In this document: positions 15,001 to 27,000 of the stretch, one piece after another
Numbering within the stretch: position 1 is the stretch's first letter
Layout: every line of letters begins with the position of its first letter
Origin: Candidatus Omnitrophota bacterium
GTDB lineage: Bacteria; Omnitrophota; Gorgyraeia; Gorgyraeales; Gorgyraeaceae
Length of the DNA: 64,000 bases
NCBI GenBank assembly: GCA_043814965.1
Contig: JBDRJN010000006.1
Span: forward strand, 7,838 to 71,837
Direction of reading: 5' to 3'
Translations under genes and position numbers: made by a program
The notes under the pieces: generated by a model
Database searches by the model: none
Seen by the model: the letters and a program-made list of their open reading frames with translations, nothing else
Told to the model about the DNA's origin: nothing

Positions 15001-18000
15001 ATGGCGCAGAGCTTGAGCTGTATCAAGAGAAATCTGTTATCATGAGTAACATGGTCAAAGGCCTTGGCCGTGAAAAGATAGCGGATCTTATAATAAAGAC
15101 CATAAATCCAAGTTTAAGTTATAAGCAATTAGCTGGTGACTTGACAGGAGTATATGACTCGGAATATGCGGGAGAAACCAAGCTCTCCAGGTTTGGTATA
15201 TGGGTCAGGAAACATAAGTTACTGACAGGCGCAATATTGCTATTAGGTCTAATAGCTTGCTCACCTTCTCTATATTATTTTGATACAGGAGTAAAATACA
15301 TCCATGACCGTATAGATGGAATCACAGATAAAGACATTGATACAGGAAAAGGATTTTTTGACTCATATGTAGCATGGAAAGACAGTACAGCCAGGATAGA
15401 TGATACTATGATGGAGATAGACAGCGCAATAAGGGCTTTAGGCCCATCCGCAGATAGATCAACTATAAACAACCTGAATGCCCAGAAACAAGAATTAGAA
15501 AGAATGAGAGGATTGGGGCTGAAGGATGCAAACAACAATGACATTTATTATCCTCATAATACAGGCATACCTACCAACACTACTGTAAAAAAGAATGCAA
15601 AAGGACACTGGGAATATCTGGTCAATGGAACACCAGAGCCGTTATCTAGGTATAATATGGCGATCGGTGATGCTCCTGATGATTCATATAAAGACAGATT
15701 CGACGTACTTAATGAGACTCCAAAGATCTTCTGGAGGTCCGGCAAGGGAGAACAGACACCTATAGACATGCTTGATTCAGCAAATGTCGGCACTATAAGG
15801 TTCTATAGGGCTCCTTTGGATACCATAGGTGGAACGCAGTTCTCAGACTTGCTTGAGCAAAATTACAAAGAAACAGGAATGAAGTATATTATTCCTTATG
15901 CAGCGGGTATTGATAAAAAGGGGAACACAGAAAAAGAAAGTAAAAAATTAAAAGGAGATTCATATACAAATATTCTAGAGGCAAGTAAAGCAGCTGATCA
16001 ATACAGTGATGGCGAAGCGCTCTTAAATTACCAGCTTGGCAATGAAGGCAGTTATCGCCTTGAAGGCCAGTCAAAATATGAGCCTTGGTATGATGATACC
16101 TGGGACTTATTCAAGTTTTTCACAGTGCATAATGCTATGGCGGGGGATATACTTGATCAGGAAAAAAGGATTTCAGAGGAGACTGGTAAATTCAGGCACC
16201 ATGAGATCGCAATATCACTGCCTGATATTAAAAGTCATTTTCAATGGGCAGCAGAGATCAACCAGGTCTTCCCATATCTAGTGGACAATGAAGCTGAGGG
16301 GAAGGCCCTTACTCTCAAGCATTACAAAGATAAAGTAAAAGGCCTAGGGGATAGATTTAAGGATATAAAAAATAATACAGAGCTCCCCAGGAAAGTCAAA
16401 GGTCTTGATAAGTTTATAAGTGATATGAAGGTAGCGGGATTAGTAGTAGAAGAATATAAAAATGGCAATGGAAAAGCAAAATACGCTGATTGGATAAAGA
16501 CACAGGATAAGAATGTTTTACAGAAAATATACACGTTACATAGATACCAGAGGACCCTTATAGACCCATACAATCCTTTGATAAAGAGCGCAAAGAAGGA
16601 CTTGATAGATATACAAAATGGCAAAGATAAAGATAAGGCCAGCCGCATGCAGAAAGTACTGGACGCTCTCTATGATAATTTGGAAGCAGAGCGCGCAAAA
16701 CTAGCAAATGTAAACAGCATACCTCAATTAGTAAATGGGCATTATGACGGCAGCTGGATAACAGCGATAAACAACAGCTTGATAAGGCCTCGTTATTTTA
16801 TAGATAATATGACCTATGACCAATTCAGCGATGGTATAGTCGATGAAGGCAAGAGCGTAGAAGTATTTGATTTTCGTTATAACATGAGAATACTTGGAGT
16901 CAACTCTGTACAGCGCGATAAGGCAGGTGTTGCGGCGCTATTTAACGAGACGCCTGATATGCCGGTGATATTGCTTGAAGCTGGGCAGCATAAGAATGCC
17001 ATAGATGTACTTGATCCTAATAGACAATTGGAACTAACAATACAGGTAATAGAAGCAGCAAAGAACAATATGCCTGGTAACGATAAAGGAACTGGAAAAT
17101 GTATAGGCGTATCTCCGTTCTATTTTGATGAATTGTGGAAAGCATTTTCAGAAGAAAACGAGTGGTTTTGTAAATTAGGCCTATTTAATTATGATAATCG
17201 CCGTAAGATGGTCCCAAAGACCGATAATACTATAAATAGGCTTTCCAGATTGTTCCCTGCTCCTAATGTACCTATAACTATAGGAGGGAATAAAGAGCTG
17301 AAAAGACGCGAAAATATGCTGGATCAATTGCTGTCCTCGACAAGCATCGAAGTAAAAGGCCCAGGCACATACAATATAAGCTGGATCAGCGATGGCAAGG
17401 GTGATTGGCAGAGGTTTATGGACAAAGAAGTAGATGATAATTATAAAGAATATCTATCCACTCTCCAGGTTACCCCGACACCTGAAGGAAACATACTCAA
17501 ACATGAAATACCGGATGAAAATATAGGGGCATACAAAGATAAGTATTATACATATCACAGGGATGCATTTATAGAGGGGAGAGGACATCTAAGGATATCC
17601 ACTGCTTATAAGGATAAACAAGGAAATCCAGTCGCTATGGATCAAGGTAGTGACAGGTCATATTTTGCTCCAGGGGGAGGGTATGTTCCTATATGCACCA
17701 GAGATCTGTCAGGAAGGCGCGGAAAGACCTTACTCATCGCTTTTCCAAGAATGGAAGGAAAACGCCTTGTTACGGATACAGTTATGGTACCAAACGTCAT
17801 AAAGACCTATTATGAAGCAGAGAAACCTGATTTTACGACAAATTCCAGATTTTCAGTGGTATATGTACAGAATTGGTTGAGCGAGAGTCAATCACAGCCG
17901 TTCATCTCAATAGATGTCTACAACAATAACGAAGACTTGATATTCCCGGCCTCTATCAGGACCATATATTCTGAATTTGAGGTTATGGCAGGCCAGGAAC

Positions 18001-21000
18001 TGGATAAGGCGATATATCTAAATGACAGATACGGCCGCAGGTATTGCGGAATAACATTCTATGACCGCGGACTCGTGACAGATGATTATACTACTGTTGT
18101 AGGAGAGAATGCTACTTATGAAAAGCAGGTCCATTATCAGGAGGAAGATGCAATAGCTCTCAGGGATGCCAGGCAGAAGATAGATTCTCTAACTACAGAA
18201 TACAGCAGAATAGATAGTCTTTTGAGTTCAGATAGCAATCCAAGTAATGTAGTTAGGTTAGATTTTAATAAAAATAAAGAGATCGCAGGAAAAATATCCA
18301 AAGCAGAGACATACAATAAGACTTTCAAGGATATATTGTTAAATCAGCTGTCAAATGACAATAAAGAGTTATTCAAAAATACAGAGAAAAAGATGATCGA
18401 GAATCCTGCTAAGATCAACAGCATAAATGCGCCAGAGGCCTTTAGTGATGAGGAGAAGGTATTGTTTAATGGCTATAGGTCAGGCCTAAGCAAGGTGTAT
18501 AACTATAAGAAAGGAATAGACACAAATAATAAAGAAATATCCGAATGGGCTGTAGAATATGAAGCTATGTCAAAAGATGAGTCCAGGCCGAAAAAGGTAA
18601 GAGGGCAAGCTGAATGGATCGTGTCTAAACTAAAAAGACTCGATACGCTTAAAGGAAATATCAATGACGCAAAACTGGAATTTGACAATATAAGAAAAGA
18701 AGCAGCGCGCAATGGAGATGTCTATATAACAGCTTATTCAGTCCTCGGCAAAGCAATATGGATCAGCGGTCCTGACGGCGTAGCGCATCTGGGGCTTGAC
18801 GGGGAATACAAGATACTCAAGTGGGTACCGATACTTACAGAGACTACTTTTAAGGATAATATGATACTTGATGCTACTGGTTTCTGGAACAGGAACGATA
18901 TATATGCCCCTTCCAAAGAAGAGATGATAAAGCTGTTCTATGGCGAAGACGCTGATCTTGATATGAATATTACTAAATGGATACCTACTCTTCCTGGCCT
19001 CGAGACTTTCCGGGATATAGATAACTTAGTAAATAAGCTTGAAGGCCTTGGTATGATAGACGCCTTGGATGCACAGGTTAGGATATTTAGTCCTGATTCA
19101 TTGCCAAAGGATATAGCAGATGACGAAGCCTCTTATAAAAAACTGGCTAAAAAGTATGACTCTATGAATGACCTGGTAGATAAAAAATATTTTACATGGG
19201 TCAAGAACGATGTTGAAAAAAGCGCAATCGTCAAAGTTGAAGAAAGCGCAATAGTCAGAGTAGCTTCTATAGACAAACAGACTGATATGTCTTTACGATA
19301 TGCTGCATTTGGAGATGCGTGCAAGGAAAAAGGAAACTATAAAAATGCCAACAAATATTATAATGACGCGTGGAATTTTATAAGGACAGCTAAACCAAAG
19401 ATAAAGGGATTGATCCCTTCAGAGCTTGATATAGATAAAGGTGTAGTCAGGGTAGGCGCAGAGACTTATGCTTATGATAATATTAAACTGCCCCTTACTT
19501 GCCTAGATCTCGTTGATGGGCGCCTTAAAGGCACTAATCAGAAGCATGCTTTGGGATATGCCAACGAATTGATCGGTATTATATTCTCCAGCGAAATGCA
19601 GGATCCTTTAGGAAGCGGAGGTATAAGAAAAGCTCAGAGTGTGGACATAGAGCATCTGGAAAGTTACCAGATGCTGACAGTAGATCAGGTATCCGCTTAT
19701 GCCTTGTATCGCAAGGCCTCTATTCTAAAACAGAAATTTAAGGATGACAAGGCCCTCCGTGTCGCAGTACCTGATGCATCCGGACTAGTAAAATGGCTGA
19801 AGAGAGGATATGACAAGAATAAAAATAGATTCTATCTAAGGCTTGAGTATGATCAGACTGACGAATCTTATAAGAGCTTTGATTTCCAGGACCAGAAAGA
19901 ATCTTTCGAGGCGCATCAAAAGATAGTATCGATGTTAGGCAAAGACGGCCTTATAGAGCTATTCAATGACCTGGGTCAGAATATAGATGCTGAAAAGGCA
20001 GCGGATGAGCTTATACAGACATATTTACCCAAAGATGTCATACAAGGTTCTAGTGTTATGGCGAATGTTTTAGGCAGAGAACCTTTATTCGCTTATTCTT
20101 TTGCAAAATGGAATAAGGCAGGCCAGGTCAAGATGCCGCGCATTGAACAAACCATTGCTAATAAAGTCGCAAAGTGGTTAATGGATCGATTTAACTCACC
20201 TGATACTGTAGAAAAGCGTAACATGTATAATGACGTAGTCAATAGGGGCATAAGCGGAGCTATTTGGGCCGGCCTTTTGGCTGCGTTCGCATTTGTCACT
20301 ACAGGAGGTAACAAGATAAAAGATGCTTATATCGCTAGAAGACTACTAAGGAAAAAAGCCCCATTTGAACCAGAGGTCATGGAAGTGGAAAATAGCGATA
20401 TTAAAAAAGACCTGCTGGATAATATAAATGATGCCGCGTTTACAAATGCAAGGACAGAATTTGATGATTGGGCCCAGAAGACCGATCTAAGAACCAGGCT
20501 TAAAAAAGAAATAGATAACATAGAAGATGAATATGCAAAGGGTAATGAGATAAAGGTAAACCTAAACTTTGGTATGGATGCATTCGAAAGTAAGGTAAAC
20601 CTAAGCTTTGGTATGGATGCGTTCGAAAGTAGAGATGCTCAATCCGCAAGGGCAATAGATAAAGAGATAAGAAATAAAATAGAAGAACTAAAGATAAAGC
20701 ACCACTTAAGCAGTGATCCTTATGGCATAGCAGGGCCTCAGAAGCATCCGCTCATGGAGTTCTACAGGCATTGCGCTAGCGAGTTAAATGAATACTACTC
20801 AGCATGGGACAACAAGAGAGTAAATTCTGCTTTGACCATATTATCCGGAAAACTGATGACAGAGGATTTTAAACTTACCAGGTCCGAGCTTGAAGGTATT
20901 AAAGAAGAAGTCAAAGATGAGACAGGCGAAGAATTAACGGATTATGAATATTTCCATATATTAAGGCCTTTGGCAGTAGAGGCTTTCTATACACCTTATA

Positions 21001-24000
21001 TTGTAAATTACTACAAGCAGATGGGAAGAAGTAAGCTGGATGCAAAGGATTGGAAGTATATCGTAGGCCCTATACTCAAGGATATAGAGAAGAACCTATT
21101 CTCAGATGTTATAAAACCAAGCGCTATCAGCGATGAATATACTCTAGCGCAGTCAAAATCAAAAGACGGACTTTATATGCTTGTAAACGGCAAAGAGCAT
21201 GAGGTAGATGGCAAATACTATCGCATGCCTCTCAGAGAATATGTATGGTCAAGGATAATGTATAGAGATGTCAAGGGATTGGGAGGCAGGTCTACATTTG
21301 TAAATTGGATAGTGCGCAGGATCTCTGATCAAGTAGACGGCAGGAAGACGATATATGAGGTAACTCCTAGGCCGGCAGGAGGCAGGATCAGAGGTATTCT
21401 ATTTACCATAGCTTCGAAATTAGTCAATGTCCCTATGATAGGCGCTTTGATAAGGAAAATACCTTCGCTTAATATCTCTGAAAAGGTAGATAGAAAGAAC
21501 GTAGTAGTAGATGACAGCCCAAAGAGCCCGGAAGAAATAAGGAGATACGTAGAAAGACAGACTTACTTCTGGATAAATGTATTGAGCGTGGGCCTTGCAA
21601 AACAGAAGAGATTAAGAGGAGCGAATCTTGCTAAGAAGATGAAACGAGAGATAGAGAAGATAGATAATAAGATCAAAAAACTTGAAAAAGAAAAGAACGA
21701 TCTATTATCCAAAGGCCTCAATAAAGATGATGGCAGAGTAGAGGCTCTTGATAAAAAGATAGCCGCATGGCAACAGTATAAGAAAGACAGGAAATTCCCA
21801 TCAGCTGCTAAAGACCAGGGCATAGGAAGAGAAAAAGAGTATTCGTTCAATAATGAAGAAGTGGATGATCTCTTCAAGTATTTCAATCCTACACAGCTTG
21901 ACATAGTGGTAGATGAGAGTTTCTTGGGATTCCTCAAAAATTACGGTATAGAAGGAGATTATGAAATAGGTTCTAAGATCACCCTGGAAGAGCTTATACC
22001 TATCTTTACAGAGAAGCTTGAAAAAATAGACAATGAACTAAAACTGGATATTGAGCGCAATGAAAGGATGGATATCAAAGATAAAGAGCTAAAGGCCTTG
22101 AATGAAGAGATATCTAAATTAGAGGAAGATAAAGATATTGAAAAAACACTAAAGGCCTTGGAGAGAACTATTGCTGAATCCAGTGAAGAACTGGAGGCTT
22201 TGGGTAAAGAGATATCCAAGTTAAAGGATGCTGGAGATGCTCAGGAAGAAGATATAGATGCCTTAGAGGAGAAAAAAGAAGCTCTCGAAGAAAATATCAA
22301 AAAAGATATAGGAGAATTAGAAAAAGGTAATAAAAAGTTAAATGCCATAAAAGAAGATAAAGGAATCAAAGCCTATAAGAAGGAAATAGATGATAAGCTG
22401 ATAATGTTAAAAGAGGACAGAAAAGAGGTAAGGTTAGAGATTTATGACCTGTCAATGTATAAAAAAGAAGATTTTGTAAATAATATAATCAAGTTTTTCG
22501 ACGTCCAGGAAAATATAAAAGACGCTGTTATAGAGAACGAGGTCTATGGCTATCTGATAGTCGCGCCAAGACAGGGTGTTCTGAACTTCTTCTTATTCTG
22601 GATAAGGGCCTTTCCTAAATTGTTTACCAGGGGAGGGCACAGAGCTCTCTTATCAGGATTGGATAAAGTAAAAAGAGACCTGTTAAGCCTCAAGCAGGAA
22701 TTAGCCAATGATAGAAAAGAAGGTAAAGTAAGAGAAGCTGAGATCAAGAAAAAGATCGAAAATAGGGAAGGTGACTTAAAAGAATTAAAGGCAAAACTTA
22801 AAGAAGAAAGAAAAGACAACTGGAAGAAAAATGCGTTCTGGGCTCTTGTTTTAATAACGCATTTGGGATTCAATTACTTGCTGTGGGTAGGTGGCGTCTA
22901 CGAGACAATACTTACTGTGGTTAGCCTAGGAGGGACATTCAGCCTTGATGCATTGGGTACTGCGATAGTCATGTCAACCGTACTAATAATATTCGGGGTA
23001 TTGCTGCTGCCTCCTATAATCAATTTCGGACAGTATATAGTGACATCAGTCACTTCTTTCCAGGAAAAGGATTCTGAGATAAGGACAGATATAGACCTAA
23101 AGGGCGAAGGGGTGCTTCCTTGGGAGAAGAATTCATTCGGCCTTTCAGTGACAGCAGGCATAGGCGCATTAATAGTTTCGCTGGCAGTATTTGGCGCTCC
23201 TATTTTAACAGCAGCCGGGATAGCAGCAGCCGCGTCTTTAGTAGTGACCTATGGTGTAGACCTTATAAGGTCTATTTTCTTTAAAGACACAAAAGAACCC
23301 GCTTTGGTCCGTATTTACAATAAACACGCGGGCGCTGCTACGGAAGTAAAGGCTGATATAATCAAGGTCCACAATATTGCTGTGCTTTCGATGGCAAATG
23401 ACGATAGATATGAGATCACGGATGAAGAAGCGCAAAAATTACTGATAAAGGATATCACTTTGGAAGACCTTATAAGCCATGAAAAAACAGAAGATCTGAT
23501 CAAGGCCCTGGAAGAGGAGTTTAAGGACGGATCAGATCCGGTCAGGAATTTTACTGCTTCTTTAAAGGATCTTAAGCCGGGAGAAGACAAGAAGGATATT
23601 TTTAAGAAACTCTCTGGATCCGGGATCAATGAAGAAGAAAAGGCCAGATTAAATAAGATCAGGTATGATTTTATAATAGACAGGATATTCGAACAGTTTA
23701 GGGATAATGGCAGGACAATAGGAAAAGGCCTGGCAGGCTTGAAGTCAGAAGAAGCAAAGATATCCTATAAAGATGTTATGAACAGGTACTTGATGAAGAA
23801 TCCGCCTAAGTTGGTAAACAAATTCGATGATATGCCTTCGATCACGGTTTATGTAAGCAGGCTATTCGAGAAATACAGGTTTAAGTATGTTGAGATAGTA
23901 AAAAGACAGATCCGCGAAATAGAAACTCCGAAGAAAAAGCTGAAAATGGCTCTAGAAGGAAAACCTCTCGAACAGAGGAAACAGCAGAGAAATAAGCTCC

Positions 24001-27000
24001 ATTTTCATAAAGTAAATTACCGCGATAGAGGAGATATAGATTTCTATAAAGAAGGCGCGAAAGAGATGTTCAGCAGAGAGCGAATAGCGTCATATAAATT
24101 TATAGATGAGCTAAGAGAAGAGTTCAAAGATCCTGAGACTAGGTACAAAGAGGCGCTGGAAAAAGCTACAAATGATTTTATAGAAAATATAAAAGAAGGG
24201 GTTTATTACGACAATAAGAAGGAGTATATAACAGCATTAGAGAATATGTATAGGCATTTAGATCCTATGTCTTATGGAGTATCTAAGAATAATAGCGTAG
24301 AACTAAGATTATTAACAGATAATCTTGTTGTTAGACTTAAAAAACTATCTTCTTCAAAGGTTTCTTACGATTCTTATCTTGCTGTAAATATAGGAGATAT
24401 TTCCGCGGCAGAGATGGAATTAAAGGACAGAGATAAGAACTATATAATAAACATTATTAATTCTAATATGGATATCTTTGTGGAAAAATTCAACGAAAAA
24501 TTCGAAGATGCTCAACAAAAATATATAGTTGCTTTAGAGAATATATATAAAGGAAAAGGCCTTGGAGGGCCTGAATCCTATGGTGTATCAAAACAAGACA
24601 GCCTTAGATTAAAGAAGGCCACGGATGACTTTATAGAAAAATTAGAGAAGGCTTCTTCTTCAGTAACGACCTGGTATCCGGATATTGCTGCTAATATAAG
24701 GGATAGTTTTGTCAATGGGCTAGGGAATATGCAAGGCATGAATGATCCTAATGCACAGAATTATATTAATGCTTTAATAGAGTTCTATACATATGGTAAA
24801 CTGCAGGATCCTAAGGCTTATGGTGTATCAGAGGCAAATGCCAAGCTTATAAATGAAAAAGTAGCTCAATTCGAGGCAAGTGAAACTACGACTGCAGAGA
24901 GGACATCGGTAAGATGGGATAATTTTATTAAGAAATTAAGGAAAGAGTTTAAGAATACTGAAGATGGAAGCAAGAGGTTTATCAATGAATTAGTACAATT
25001 ACAGGCAATGGATGAGCTGGCAGATCCTACATATTATGGCGTAATACCTGAGAATTCCGCAAAGATGAAGAAGATGATAGAGGACTTTGTAAATAACAAA
25101 GAAAGCTGTTTATGGAGGACTCTCAGAGAGATGCAGAATATAAGGGATGCAATGTACGGTTTTATAGAGAATCTATATCCTAAGTTAGATGGTGAATCGG
25201 AGTTCAGTTACCAGTCAAGGATCAACGCGCTTACGGATGAAAAGGTCCAGCTGTATCTAGTTAATTTTGTATTAGCGCATTTTGGAGATAAGAAAAAAGA
25301 GATCATAGACAAATTGTCCAAAGAGGCCGCGTTGCTGGAAGATTATGGTATCACAGAGGAAGACCTGGAAAATGCCAGGAATATGACACCGCTTGAATTC
25401 AAAGATTTTGCAACACAATTCAATAATGAAAGTATATTTACTACTAGAGGCATAAAAGAAGGTAATAAAGATAAAAAACCTGAGGATGTACAAAAAGATA
25501 CTATCAAGAAATTATTAGAGCACAAGGATATATTAAATAAATATGGAGTTTCCGAGGAAGAAATAAATAATGCCAGCGGATTGGAGCCTTATCGCTCTAC
25601 TGGAGCTGATTTCGAAGATTTTATAAGGGGTTTAAAGACAAAATCACCGGAACTTAGGGAATTCATGCGTCAATTTGATAATAAAAAAGGATTCATAAAA
25701 AAAGAAAAGTTCCAAGAAGTGGAGGATTATCTAAACGATATAATAGAGATCAGTGAATATGGCAAAGATCATAACTGGGATATGTCATATTTTGAATCCA
25801 AGAGCATCTTCGCTGAGTCCAGTAAATATGACAGCGCCGCGGCAGCGATGTATGAGGTAACCAAAGATCTTGCATTTTTCTTTGATCTTGACTGTGAATT
25901 AAAGAGGGAACAGGCGGAGAATCTTTTAGCAGTGCTTCCTATGTTCAATGACCCTCAATTAGGGCTTCTGCTTACCCAGATATATATGTATACAGCCCGT
26001 ACTTCCAAGGAGACAGAGATAACTGACCTTGCTGAGGGAGGTTTTACAGGAGTGATACACGCATTTACAAAGAAGTTAGGAAAATCAGCATTCTATGGTA
26101 AAGGGATAATGAGGGTCGAATTTATAAGGAGGTTCCTGCACTTACAAGCTGACAATGTAATGGAAGATTTTACAGGCGCTATCGCATTTATCCTGGCAGG
26201 TATCAAGACAGACTATACGAAAGTTGTCAAAATGGGAGCAGGTTTTATCACTACCATGAAGCAGTATATAACAGCCGCTGGTAAATACTGCTCTGATTCT
26301 ACTGAGACGCTTCTTTCCAAGATTGGCCGTAGGTTCTGGCTGGCAAAGTCGCTTATGTTCAGCGATAAGGCAACTATGATAAACCAGCTTTCATTTTACT
26401 GGAAAAAGCTTTTAGTCTTTGTAGTAAATATGGGATTTATGGGCGCATACTGGGTAAGAGGCCTTAACCCATACGAGCCAGTATCCGGATACAGCCAGTA
26501 TTTTAGGGGCGCATTGCTTGTTTTAGGATTTGTATGGGGAGAGATGATAAATGTGATCGGTTTTAGGTCTAAACAAGAAAGATATGGGTTCTGGAAAGCC
26601 CTTGGATGGATGGGGACAAGATTTCCAAGATCGTTCTTATTCTATGTAAAGGCATTGACCATGCCTTACCTTGTCAAGAGCATAGCAGCAGCGAAATCAC
26701 AGACATTTTTTGGCGTGACAGGTACTGATGATAACCTGGCTAGAATGACTTTTAAAGAACTCTTTAATAGAGAGACCATTACTTATCGGATCGCGGCTAT
26801 ATATACAGCGCTCTGGGCCACCAGGCCGTTCGGCGTATTTAGATATGCGACAGCAGCGCTTATCTTAGGACTTATATTTGCAACGTTTTATGCGTCGTTC
26901 CATTTTAACGCACCGTGGAATACTGGCTGGAACCACGCAAGGAACGGCAATTGGAAGACCAGAAAAGGCGGCATAGCAGAACTAGCTAATTTACCAGTAG

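Noticed and set aside
16036-16281. Plus-strand alternative-frame ORFs (16036-16281, 28625-28810) within the giant gene and 58002-58268 inside the permease gene
   Set aside because: Short, out-of-frame with the obviously coding frame, no start context, no motif content. Chance open frames.
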